DNA of 48,052 nt from Octopus bimaculoides (GCF_001194135.2 NC_068985.1:106831104-106879155); one strand, 5' to 3'. Counted from the stretch's first letter, positions 1 through 12,894 are shown. Made by a program: numbers and translations. Notes: generated by a model from the letters alone, not told the origin.

Positions 1-334
1 ATCGATCCCGCTCGAAAGATTTCATGTGTCTCCCGCATATGAGCCAGTCTATAGGCACTGGCAACGATCCCGCTCGAAACATTTCATGTGTCACCCGCAC
101 AAGAGCCAGTCCAGGGGCACTGGCAACGGTCTTGATCGAAAGATATCACGTGTCGCCCGCACATGAGCCAGTCCAGAGGCACTGGCAACGATCCCGGTCG
201 AAAAACCTCATGTGTCACCCGCACAAAAGCCGGCCCAGGGGCACCGGCAACGATCTCGCTCGAAAGATTTCATGTGTCACCCATACACGAACCAGTCCAG
301 GGGCACTGGCAACGATCCCGCTCGAAAGATTTCG
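1..334. repeat. GC-rich 62-bp tandem array (5 full units + partial; probably continues upstream of the window)
   Basis: Unit starts at 3, 65, 127, 189, 251, 313 (period 62). Approximate consensus cgatcccgctcgaaagatttcatgtgtcacccgcacatgagccagtccaggggcactggcaa. ORFs 24..338 and 163..357 are read-throughs of it. Confidence 0.95.
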
Positions 335-1372
335 ATAGAAATAAAAATATGGGTTAGAATGATTTAGTATCAGACTGCTAGTGCTTGGTCCAAGAGTTCA
401 AATCACACTATATGCATTTGAGTGTCTCAAAGCAAGATAATTCTAGATTTATCTCCATTTATCTCACCAAGAATAGCAGGGCGTTAGGGGAAGAAAATAA
501 CTGACAAACCAGCAGAGAAATAATGGTTGCTCTTCTGATTAATGGTGTTACATAAACTGAAAATTGTTAAATAAGACACCTCTTATTTGAAAAGTCTTTT
601 TCTGAGAAAAAAATCAATTGGTGACAGACATACAACTTATCTAGAAAAACATTTGTTGCCTACTTTAATGATGTTTCATAGAATGAAGAAGATCAATTGA
701 GATAGTTGACACTTTTCAGTTGTCTTTATATTCTGGCATGAAAAATGAATTTGTGCAAGAACTATCAGCAGTTCAGGAAAGATCTGGCAGTGAATTAGCA
801 AATCCAAACATGCAACCTTTCTTAGAAGTAACGTTTCTAATAAGAAAACAAAACAGTAACTGAAGACATAGAGTGACTGCATATAATCTTGACTGTTTCT
901 GGAAATATTTAATTTACTTGACAATCAACAAACTTTGCTAATTTTTAATCTGACCCTCAGCACAGTTTCCATAATGGGTTTCAAGTCTTTAATATATTGC
1001 GGTATCACAATGATAGGGCAGGTTTAGAATGGGTTCATAGTTACTTTGATTTGTAACAGGTTTGGGATAACATGTAAACAAATTGCTAATATGAGAAAAG
1101 AGGGACTGAAGAATTAACGTAGAATCTAAGGCAAGGGGTAGGCATATGACAGCAAGAAAAAAGATATGGACAGAATACCTGAGAATACTGCAGTAGCAAC
1201 TGTAGAAGTACAATATGTCTATATATACATATATGGATGTAAGCTACAATGCAATCTGTTTTTCTTTTTACACATGTATGTGTGAGAGACAGTGACTATA
1301 GAGTATTGGTGACTGGAGTTGTTACCTACCATAAATCATCTAACAACTTTAGGCCATTGATTTATAAACCTT

Positions 1373-1398
1373 CATGAATTGAAAATTTTCAATTCATG
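1373..1398. repeat. Perfect 26-bp palindrome
   Basis: catgaattgaaaa|ttttcaattcatg; the two halves are exact reverse complements with no spacer. Confidence 0.95.
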
Positions 1399-1524
1399 TT
1401 GCACCCTACAGCAAATCACATAAGAGAAAGAAAATTTGCTGTAAAGAATTAAAGCTGCACTGAAATCTAAAGCAAGCACACCTGATAAACTGTAACAATT
1501 GACATTAAAACTATTATAGAGATC

Positions 1525-1532
1525 ACCAATAT

Positions 1533-1587
<55 letters not shown>

Positions 1588-1620
1588 ACAACTACTACTA
1601 CTAATCCTATTATTATTATA
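1525..1620. repeat. Compound trinucleotide microsatellite (TAC)n-(CTG)n-(TAT)n
   Basis: Read directly; explains the poly-Ser ORF 1372..1623. Confidence 0.95.
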
Positions 1621-2726
1621 CATGATGTGGATGTGATACTACTATTGCACTTCCTGATGTTACAATTAATACAAATACTACTATTACTATTTACGTAACT
1701 AATAATGCTACTGTAACAGCTGTGCTATTGCTGCTACAATAATGAGAACAACAATAGGTAATTCATATGATAATATAGTGATAACATTGCAGCAAGACAT
1801 GGTTACTACAGACCCAACATCAACATTAGGTAAGGTACAGAAAACAAAATAATTTCATTTCATTGAAATGTTGAGGATAGAATGAAAATCTGATGTAACT
1901 GGCATGGAATGATCAGTGACATGTAAAACTGTGTATGTGCATGTGTGTTGGGGTGTGTTTCGATATCATCTGTAAATTCATATATGTTTGAGTAATTCTC
2001 TCTTCCTCTAGTGTGTGTGTGTATCAACAAATTTATGGATGCATGAATGCATATATGCAAATGTGTATGTGACTGTGTGCATAAGTATATGTGTGTATAT
2101 ACCTAAATATAATAGATTAGTAGATAATTAGCTTTGGTGCTCTGATGGAAGTGATAACTACAACTATCTCGGTTCAAAAATATTGCATGGCGGAGAGAAA
2201 GAGAGGGAAGGAGAGAGAAAAGGTGCAGAGAGAGAGAGAGGGGGGGAGAAAGAGAGAGAAGGAGAGAACATGAAAAATTATGAATTACTAAAACACAACT
2301 CAAAAATGAGAAGCTTTCAGATGTTTAAGAGAGAGAGAGAGACAGAGAGAAGGAGAGGCAGAGAGAAAGTTGATGATCAATAGTGAATTAGTATGTAAAT
2401 AGGACAGGGGAATTGGTTGAAAATAAACACTATGTTGGTGCTGTTGTAATTCTTGCTGCCATAATGAGGACAAGACGAGGAGAAGGAGGAGAATGTCAGT
2501 GATGTTTCACTGTTATTCTATGCCATTATGTCAATGTTATATTATTAAGAAGCTGCTACAACCAAGAATAGCAAAAGAAAGGTAGGTAGGTTAGTGGTTG
2601 GTTGGGTGGGTTGGCATTTGGGAAGGTGGGTAAGTAAATGGGTAGGATTGAAAGAAAACGGCTAGAATCTATTAAAATAGGTTTCAATTCAATACACGAG
2701 TAAATACCTACCAGCCTACATACACA

Positions 2727-2772
<46 letters not shown>

Positions 2773-2787
2773 CACGAATATATATAT

Positions 2788-2822
<35 letters not shown>

Positions 2823-3462
2823 TACATATGCACATATACACATACAAAGTACAAAGATCCACATACACACACACACATAAATACAAAATGTATGTGTGCA
2901 TGTGAGTGTATGGATGTATATGTATCATATAACCTTGACTGCAGTCAGCAGTAAAGCTACACAAAGAACAGATAAGGAAGAAAGAGGGAGATCACATTGA
3001 AAGATTCTCATTAACTAAATCAAAATAACAACAAAAACATTTTCAAAATAAATAAATAAAAATATATTTGATGCGGCTGAAAAAAATTTTTTAAATAAAA
3101 AAAAAAACAAATGAAATAAAACAATACGAAACTTGCTATTAAAAGGCTGAGCTATATCATTTTTATCATTATTATACATATTTTGATTATCATCATTATT
3201 ATTATCATCATAATTATTACTATTGTCATCATCATCATTTCTGTGTTTTATTTAAATTCTATACAAGCATAGCGATGAACAAATTGAAATCAGGCTTTGG
3301 GACTTAATATAATTTTTCTACAGCACTCATAAATGAATAAATGATATGCAAGTAATAAAATACAAATATACAAGCATGTATGTGTGTATGTAGGTATGTA
3401 CACACATACATTCATGTGTCTGTGTATTATTTATTTGTGTATGTGTGTGTGTACATATATAT

Positions 3463-3504
<42 letters not shown>

Positions 3505-3645
3505 TTAGGGAAAGAGTGTGAACACATATACATGTATGTATACATTGTAAATGCACAGACAAACATATATACATAGATATATATATTTTTGTATTAATGT
3601 TTAGCAGAAGTAACAGAGTGACTCAAGGTCTGAGAGTTTCATGCC

Positions 3646-3705
<60 letters not shown>

Positions 3706-3717
3706 ATGCATGAGTTA

Positions 3718-3870
3718 TATGAGAACCACTTCAAGTTTCATGCTCAGATAGGGCAATATTCAGACAGACTTGTACAGGACCCAACAGTATTCAAGCTCTA
3801 ATACAAAACTGGATAGTGCACAGTACACTATATAAGCTACTATCCAAGCATGAAACTTGAAGTAGCTCAT
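3718..3870. repeat. Small inverted-repeat (MITE-like) element
   Basis: 17-bp perfect IR acttcaagtttcatgct (3728-3744) / agcatgaaacttgaagt (3847-3863), extendable with mismatches to ~30 bp (atgag...gatag / ctatc...ctcat). Confidence 0.75.
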
Positions 3871-3948
3871 GTAGAAGTCTTGTATTTGTTAAATGATATT
3901 TAACTCTTACTGAACCAAGTACTTTTTGCTTATCTTATTAACAGTCAT

Positions 3949-4377
3949 ACAATATATGTTTTTATGTGCTACTATTAGTTTCATGAGATGAAAGCATGCC
4001 AGGCAGTATTTTTCAACATGTCTGGTGTCTTAGCTCAATCTACAGGCTTTGCCCACATGGCATAACAAGCCAAAAAATAGGATGCGAGAAAAAGTGAGAA
4101 AAAGCAAGAAAGAAGTAGATATAATATGTGGAAGGCTGAAAAATTGAAAAAGAAAACAGAAAGAACTCTCCTCCTTTTGCTTCTTACTATTTTCTACTTC
4201 ATTTTCCTATTTTTCAATCTTCTACCTGCTATATCATCCTATTGTCCTATTTTTAGCTTGTTATGCCATGTGAGTAGTGCCTGAAGATTGTGCTAAGGCA
4301 CCAGACATGTTAAAAAATACTGTTTGGCATGCTTTCATCACATGAAACTAATAGTAGCACATAAAAACATATATTGT
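3949..4377. mobile_element. Foldback / MITE-like element with ~134-bp inverted arms
   Basis: Left arm 3949-4082 vs reverse complement of 4245-4377: first 37 nt identical, about 12 mismatches + 1 indel overall by hand alignment. The 162-bp spacer is purine-rich then pyrimidine-rich. The inverted repeat is certain; MITE identity is inferred. Confidence 0.75.
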
Positions 4378-4483
4378 GTTTATTTATTTCTCACCAAATG
4401 GAATACTTTCTTGTTGATCTTACCATCATGGAACAGTACTGTGTATATATATATATATACACACACACACACATATGTACATA

Positions 4484-5752
4484 CAGGGGTTGGACAAAAT
4501 AACAGAAACACCTAGCGTCATAGCATAATTTTGAAATATCTATAAAACTGTCAAAAGCTTGTTTATTTTTATGTTTTTTGATTTATTATTAGTGTTGCTT
4601 AATATGTTTTGCTACAATTCTGTTTCTTTTCAGATATCATCAGAAAAAGATAATTAAAATTCATTAAAATGACAGATCTATTGGACTTTCAATGAGGTTA
4701 AATTGCTGGTGCTTGTATCGCAAGCACTAGCATAACGAAAACAGCCGAAATGTTTGGTGTATCAAGAAGTACTGTCTTGAAAGTAATGACAGCCTTTGAG
4801 AAAGAGGGAATAACCTCCTTGTCGAAACAAAACTACAGAAGAAAACCAAAACTTTCAGATAGGGACAGTCAGACACTAACACGAATTGTTAGAAAGAATC
4901 ACAAAAGTACTGCTCCCAAAGTTACTGCAGAGCTTAATGACCACCTCAAGAACCCAGTTTCCACAAAAACTGTTTGCTGGGAGCTGCACAAAGCCGGATT
5001 TCATGGGAGGGCTGCAATCAGAAAACCACTACTTTCAAAAACAAACGTTGCAAAGTGTTTAGAGTGGAGTAAAAACCTACAGAATTGGTCCTTAGAGCAG
5101 TGGAAGAATGTTATTTTCTCGGACGAGTCATCCTTTACCTTATTTTCGACCACCAGCAGAGTATACGTGTGGACACAGCCAAAAGAAACATTTGATCCAG
5201 ACTGCCTTCTTTGAACTGTTAAATATGGAGGAGGATCTGTGATGATCTGGGGGGCTATATCTTGCAAATCTGCCGGCCCAATGGTTTTCCTTCATGGCAG
5301 AATTAATAGTCAAGACTATTTAAGTATTTGATCTGATGAAATTCATCTAATGGTTGCGGAACTGTTTCCAGAGGGGAACGCAATCTTTCAGGATGATAAT
5401 GCACCAAATCACACAGCTAAAGTTGTTATTGAATAGCACGAGGAACATTCTCATGAAGTTGAACATCTTATCTGGCCACCGCAGTCCCCAGATCTCAATA
5501 TTATTAAACATTTATGGTGCATTTTAGGAAAACAAGTAAGGAGCCGATATCCTCCACCATCATCACTACAAGAACTGGAGACTGTTTTAGCTGAAGAATG
5601 GACAAAAATTCCTTTAGAAATAATTCAAACTTTGTACAAGTCCATACCTCATAGAACTCAAACTGTAATTACTGCCAAAGGCGGTACTACCCCATATAAA
5701 AATGAATTTGCTTCAAATTTTAAGGTGTTTCCATTATTTTGTTCAACCCCTG
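4484..5752 (+). mobile_element. Full-length Tc1-like DNA transposon (1269 bp)
   Basis: 30-bp TIRs caggggttggacaaaataacagaaacacct (4484-4513) / aggtgtttccattattttgttcaacccctg (5723-5752), 3 mismatches; TA on both flanks; internal transposase frame. Confidence 0.95.
4669..5700 (+). pseudogene. Tc1-type transposase pseudogene, DD36E spacing
   Basis: One reading frame from ATG 4669, ~344 codons, no frameshift, 5 in-frame stops. HTH-like N-terminus (FGVSRSTVLKV), VIFSDES, GGGSVMIWG, FQDDNAP, WPPQSPDLNII(K)HLW. 36 codons separate the second D from the E position, which is mutated to K. Confidence 0.92.
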
Positions 5753-5979
5753 TATATATATATATATATAGATAGATAGATAGATACATATACACATATA
5801 TACATACACACAGATATATATACATACACACATATATACATACATACACACACATATATACATACATACACACACACATATACATACATACACACACACA
5901 TATACATACATACACACATGTACATACATGCATATATGCATACATACACACATATATACATACACATATATGTGTATAT

Positions 5980-6024
<45 letters not shown>

Positions 6025-6692
6025 NNNNNNNNNNNNNNNNNNNNNNNNNNNNNNNNNNNNNNNNNNNNNNNNNNNNNNNNNNNNNNNNNNNNNNNNNNNN
6101 NNNNNNNNNNNNNNNNNNNNNNNNNNNNNNNNNNNNNNNNNNNNNNNNNNNNNNNNNNNNNNNNNNNNNNNNNNNNNNNNNNNNNNNNNNNNNNNNNNNN
6201 NNNNNNNNNNNNNNNNNNNNNNNNNNNNNNNNNNNNNNNNNNNNNNNNNNNNNNNNNNNNNNNNNNNNNNNNNNNNNNNNNNNNNNNNNNNNNNNNNNNN
6301 NNNNNNNNNNNNNNNNNNNNNNNNNNNNNNNNNNNNNNNNNNNNNNNNNNNNNNNNNNNNNNNNNNNNNNNNNNNNNNNNNNNNNNNNNNNNNNNNNNNN
6401 NNNNNNNNNNNNNNNNNNNNNNNNNNNNNNNNNNNNNNNNNNNNNNNNNNNNNNNNNNNNNNNNNNNNNNNNNNNNNNNNNNNNNNNNNNNNNNNNNNNN
6501 NNNNNNNNNNNNNNNNNNNNNNNNNNNNNNNNNNNNNNNNNNNNNNNNNNNNNNNNNNNNNNNNNNNNNNNNNNNNNNNNNNNNNNNNNNNNNNNNNNNN
6601 NNNNNNNNNNNNNNNNNNNNNNNNNNNNNNNNNNNNNNNNNNNNNNNNNNNNNNNNNNNNNNNNNNNNNNNNNNNNNNNNNNNNNNNNNNNN
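6025..6692. other. Largest assembly gap (others: 7765-8135, 15326-15490, 22619-22628, 34707-34792, 36952-36961, 38360-38475, 46279-46378)
   Basis: Runs of N, nearly all flanked by (TA)n or (GA)n, typical of short-read scaffolds. Confidence 0.99.
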
Positions 6693-6734
<42 letters not shown>

Positions 6735-7725
6735 TGTGTGTATGTAGGAACATTTTGATGTCAATCAAATCCAATGATGAGCATCTTTTTCAATTATGAT
6801 TTTTTGATAACAGTACACCTACTTCTTTGGTAATTGTGCTTCTTAAAGAGCAGCATTAAGAGAGGCATCACCTGAATGAGTGACCAAACAGCTATTACTG
6901 CTAATGACAGAGTTACACCTGTGGTGTAATCTTAAGAAGCAAATAAGCTGTATATGGTGGTATATCATCTCTGCAAATGCATGTGGTGCCTCAACAGCTG
7001 GAAAGGCAATGACTATTCAAAATCTAAGATCCATGATCAATATTGAGAGAAAAGAAACCAGCATAACACAATTTTATAATGGTATTAGGAGAAACATATA
7101 GATTCAGTGACAAGGATAGCACAAAATGATTGGTACCTCTCAGATACAAGGCCAGCCAGAAATCTAATCAGTCACAAACTATCAAAAAGCTGGCTGTGAC
7201 ATCATGTTTACTCACAGGATGTACATTAAATTTTGCCAGCCTGAATTCACCCATAAAGCAACAGGGTGATGCAGATATCCTGCCACAGGTAAAAATCCTA
7301 TCTACACACCTCTTAAACAAATGTTCTGAGAGGAATTAGTATCCATCACCCCTAAAGTGAACTTAAAGTGCACATGTTCACTATCTAAAGTAATTCTATG
7401 GTTCAGTACACTATTGCTAGGTAGTCATTTACACTTAACTGGATTGAACTTTGCTATTGAGTTTATTTGTTTTTATTTTATTTTCCCTGCTGATTTTTAA
7501 GCTACACTTTTCAACAGGGTAACTAACCGGAATGCCTTTTAGTCAACAATTCAACCATGGAACAAATTGTACTTGATTACATATTGTCAAAAGCACACAG
7601 AGACCCAGTGCTACACACATGCACACACACACACACACACACCTCTAGAGTGTGTGTGTAAGTGTGTGCATTTATATACTGATACATATATTTGATATAG
7701 AGGTTTGTGTGTGTGTGTGTGTGTG

Positions 7726-7764
<39 letters not shown>

Positions 7765-9622
7765 NNNNNNNNNNNNNNNNNNNNNNNNNNNNNNNNNNNN
7801 NNNNNNNNNNNNNNNNNNNNNNNNNNNNNNNNNNNNNNNNNNNNNNNNNNNNNNNNNNNNNNNNNNNNNNNNNNNNNNNNNNNNNNNNNNNNNNNNNNNN
7901 NNNNNNNNNNNNNNNNNNNNNNNNNNNNNNNNNNNNNNNNNNNNNNNNNNNNNNNNNNNNNNNNNNNNNNNNNNNNNNNNNNNNNNNNNNNNNNNNNNNN
8001 NNNNNNNNNNNNNNNNNNNNNNNNNNNNNNNNNNNNNNNNNNNNNNNNNNNNNNNNNNNNNNNNNNNNNNNNNNNNNNNNNNNNNNNNNNNNNNNNNNNN
8101 NNNNNNNNNNNNNNNNNNNNNNNNNNNNNNNNNNNATATATGGGAGTAAATGCACTAAGCAGTGTTTACGTATAATCACAATTTAGGCTAGTTGAAATAT
8201 GTTTGTCACATATTTCAACTGCTATACACACACTGCTATACATATACACATAAATATATATATACATACACCTACATACTTGTACACACACAAAGACAAC
8301 CACACCCATTGTATATGGCTGTATGTACATGTGTATGTATACATGCATGTGTGTGTATATATACATGCGTGTAGGTGTACATGTGCGTATGTGTATTTAT
8401 ATGCATGCATGTATGTATGTATGTATGTATGTATGTATGTATGTATGTATGTATGTATGAGAATGCATAATAGATGGAACATACACAAAAACAGCATTAA
8501 TCAGCTTGGCATCTTTGCAATTTTGACACCTTAGGGAGTACTGTTACTCTAGTGGGGTCAACAATCGTCAGATTGTTAGGACATTGATAGAGTAGAGACA
8601 AGAAAAAAAAGACAAGAGAACAAATAGACATAGTAAACAGGGACAGAGAAAACAGAAAAACATGAAAAAAATACATGGTTAGCAACAAGGGTGGAAAAAA
8701 GAATAGCATCTAGTCTTCTATGGTAAAGATGAAACAAAACAACATAAGACAATAATGCAACAAGTGAATAAACGATTAGGTGCTTGGTCTTAGTCCACTG
8801 ACAAAAAAATGACTTAGAGAAGAGAAATTAGCAATCACTAATGGAATTGATATTAGAAAGATAGATAGGTAGATATCTGGCCATAGCAGTAACAGAAGGA
8901 AATTGCAAAATGGGAATGGAAAGAGAAGTGAGTAGAGAGAAGTGACACAACAGAAAGAGGAGGGAGGGGGAAAAGAATAAGGTCACTGCTATTTAAGTGG
9001 TATAGCCCAATGCACAAAAACGTAGAAAATCTCTTGTGAGAAAGTTGATGAGGGGTTATAATTTGATTTCATTCATCAATTATGTTCTCATCATTTATAC
9101 CTAATTTCTTCCATATATGATGCCAACACAAGCAACCTCCTTTTGATACATGCTCCTATATGAGTGTGTGTGTGCACAGATATGTGTATACATATATATG
9201 CATGTGTGTGCACATGCACATACATCCACACAAAGTGGATTTGTAGAGTGCAGAACATCACCACAAGTGTTGGTACCTTAATGGGTGCACACAGTAGGCT
9301 TTGTAAAGTAATTGGCAAATGAGTGAATATGGAGGTGGAGGAATGCCTTAGCTTGTTGAGAGCATGACCACTTCTCTAGTGCTGATGCCATGAAATGATT
9401 AGGGATAGAAAAAGCAGCCAGCCATTGAAACTAAATCAAAGCTGAAACACAGTGAGATGTGGCCCAACTCACATACTGGGGAGAACTCCAAACAAAAATC
9501 CTGACAGTGGTAATGTATCCAATCAATGTACATAAAAGCATATCTATGATAATGATGATATATATAAGCTTTAGATTTGCAATGAAACTAACACAGAAGA
9601 CAAAATAATAAACAATGTATAT

Positions 9623-10015
9623 GGCACAGGAGTGGCAGTGTGGTAAGTAGCTTGCTTACCAACCACATGGTTCCAGGTTCATTACCACTGCGCGGCACCT
9701 TGGGCAAGTGTCTTCTACTATAGGCTTGGGCCGACCAAAGCCTTGTGAGTGGATTTGGTAGACGGAACTTGAAAGAAGCCCGTCGTATATATGTATATAT
9801 GTGTGTGTGTGTGTGTCTGTGTTTGTCCCCCCAACATTGCTTGACAACCGATGGTGGTGTGTTTACATCCCCATAACTTAGCGGTTTGGCAAAAGAGACC
9901 GATAGAATAAGTACTAGGCTTCCAAAGAATAAGTCCTGGGGTCGATTTGCTTGACTAAAAGGTGGTGCTCCAGCATGGCCGCAGTTAAATGACTGAAACA
10001 AGTAAAAGAGTAAAA
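9623..10015 (+). mobile_element. tRNA-derived SINE, near full length
   Basis: A-box-like tggcagtgtggtaag, degenerate B-box ggttccaggttcattacc, CORE-like ggcaccttgggcaagtgtcttctac, internal (TA/TG)n, tail ...cagcatggccgcagttaaatgactgaaacaagtaaaagagtaaaa. Partial copies near 10270, 13040, 17900, 25150, 26900, 35135, 38010 and 39060. Confidence 0.85.
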
Positions 10016-12853
10016 TTACTCTTAGTATAACGCTCAATTAAAGATTAAGAAAGTGGAAGTGTCTTAGATATTTCAAGCTTAAGCTCTTCTTCGGAAACTT
10101 AAAAGAAGAAAAGAAAAATGAAAGCAATGAAAAAGTATGTGGTGTTCAGCACCATGTCATGTTGAAAATGGCAGTTTGAATGATTAGAAGTGACCTAGAA
10201 GGAATGAGGCTTCATTTATGTAAAAACAACAGTGGAAGTATTTGCATGCATACTATGTATGTGTGTGTGTATACATTCTTTTATTCTTTTACTAGTTTCA
10301 GTCATTTGGCTGTGGCTATGCTGGGCTTTAAGAACTAGTATGTACAGGTGTATAGTTATGATGTAATGCACACTTATGCATGTCTATATTGTTAGCAGTG
10401 TAAGTCTTTATTTGAATGTAATTTTCGAAGTTAATAATGTCTATACAGTCTATATATGCACACACACTTAGGGAAGGTACATGTGTCCATGTGCATCATT
10501 GCTATGTACATGTAGGTTTGTTTCACTGTTATTGTGTGTATGCATTTTGTTGTGCTGAGGCTATTATTGTATTGCAATGTGTGTTGGTAGAGCCTTCTGC
10601 ATTTGAATGTGTGTGCAGTATGTATAATCATGAGTCTATTGTATGTGTATGAATAGTAAAAGAGTGCTAGAAGCACAGGTGAAGGGGTTGGTTATATGAA
10701 AGGAGTGGTGGTTGGACTTGGTGAGGAGGACCACCCTTCTCATCAGGTGAGAAAAGATGATCTAGTGGGGTTAGAGCAAGGGAAAGAGCTACAAATGAGT
10801 AAGTAACATATATTACATGCATGTTTAAAAAAGGGCAGCTGTGGGAAGAGGTGAGATTGAACTGTAGGGTTTCGAATGAGCAAATGATAGTGCACTGACG
10901 TGATAGTAGATGAGAGGGAAAGAAAGATTTTATTTTATTTACACAAAATGTCAGGTTGGTTGTAGGTACTGGATTACAGGATATATGGACATGAGATCAA
11001 ACTTTGGTACACACATTATGTTCCACAAGATATCTTTATATTTGTCATGTGAAATATATTGATGCATCCTACACCATGAGTGGGCTTTCAAGAGTTATAT
11101 TTAGTACCAATTTCAGAGCATTAAATAGAATAGGGGAATCATAGGTAATATTCCACAGTAGCTAGGTTGAATGAAATGATGCAAGAATAAAGTGTTCTAC
11201 CTAGAAACATAATGAAACACTTACAGTAGTCTTAAACACATGACCTTTGACTTCATGGTTGAATGGTTTAGAAAGGCAATTTGGTCATAAAATTCACTTA
11301 CTTAACAGTAATGAAAATGTCAAAATTTATACCAACCAATTTCACCCATGGTACAAGCACAGAAAGAAAGTGTATGCAAAACAAACAAAAATGCTTGTAA
11401 AGCATTACAATATAAATCAATATATATATTAATAAACAAAAACCAACAGACTTCATTTTGTAATTGATAAGGATTAGCATAATATACTAATTATGAGCAT
11501 CAAACAAACAAATTTTAAAAGGTTATGATTGTTGTTCAGTTTCATATAATCCTTTGTTTTTAGCTCAGTACATCAGTTATACAATGCTCAAACCACTCAC
11601 AGTGGTGAGCACAATCACTTCAATGGCACCTCTTTACAGATCAGTGGACTGGGCTAGCAAAGGCTTTAAAAATTTAGGTCATGGTTACTAAATAGCAGTA
11701 GTGATAGTATCTAATTTGTGAACATTTTGGCTGATAGTTGCTGATTAACTAACATTCTCTTGAGTTGGCCAATTCTAATATTTTCACCTTTAATATCCAT
11801 CCATTCAGAAGTAACAGGAGAAATTTATTGAACTTGAACTAATGCATGTATCTTTGATAATAATTGTGGTTATTGTTTTTATCTTCTCTAAATAATTGTC
11901 AGAGTTGGGTGGGAATAGTCTATTTTTACTCATAGTTGAATTCTCTTTTGAAATTGATCTCAGCTGGGAATGGTTTAACAAATCTTTTTCACAAATATTA
12001 ACTTATATTGATCACCAACTTAATGATTTTCAATTGCTTTAGGCATGGCTTGATAAGATTAAGAATAATAATAAAACGGATTAAGTCTACAATTCTGAAA
12101 AATAATTGGCTGGGATTATTATTTTCAGAGAGAGGTGTGTTGGTTGTTTTGTTCAATTTCTGGTGGTTATTGTTGTTGTTGGGTAACCCATGTCTATTCA
12201 GTTTCCATAGAGCTGAGCGAATTTAAAGGTTAAGTGCAACACACAAATCTTAAACTTCAAACAGGCAAAACTTCAGTCTAATCTATACAGTAATTAATAC
12301 ATATGTATGCAACATCTGTGGTACAGGATGACACTCAGTGTATAATACATCTGTTTTGTTCTTGAATGATTGAACCTGGTAAGATTTGTAAGCAGAGAAA
12401 TGCAAAAAAGGCTCAGTCAGTTTATGGGAGTTTTGATTTCTTTTCATACTTAATGGAAGTAGTTGGCAACACAGTCTCAACCTATTGTGCTATAACAATG
12501 TTTTATCCAGCTGATACATTCAAAGAAACAAACCAGCTTTTGTACTTCCAGGTGGAATGAGGACACAAGCTATAAAAAGTGATATATATATCAGGGCAAT
12601 GAATCCCTCAGAGAAGATGTCAAGGAGCCAGGATCATTGGCGATAATACAGTTTTTGAGACCACCCAACTCAGTGAAATGAAGCGAAAAAAGGACCAGAA
12701 AAGTAGAAGGCATTAGGAAGGGAATCCAGCTGTAGAAAACATGCCATAGTAGACAGTAGAGCACAATGCGGTCTTTAAACTTATTGATTCTTGTCAAACT
12801 ACACTAGCATGGACTATGGCTATTAAATAACAATGATAATGATTTTATATACA

Positions 12854-12894
<41 letters not shown>

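Noticed and set aside
1-334. CRISPR-like appearance of the regular array
   Set aside because: Units are contiguous with no unique spacers, the context is eukaryotic, and there are no cas genes.
5658-8534. Many long ORFs in the track (YI/CV/TH/X-rich), here and throughout
   Set aside because: Translations of (TA)n, (TG)n, (TACA)n microsatellites and N-gaps; not coding.
11298-11360. Strong minus-strand donor-like site (aa|gtaagtg) at ~11300
   Set aside because: The upstream sequence has no CaMKII similarity and no clear acceptor; a cryptic exon cannot be supported without RNA data.
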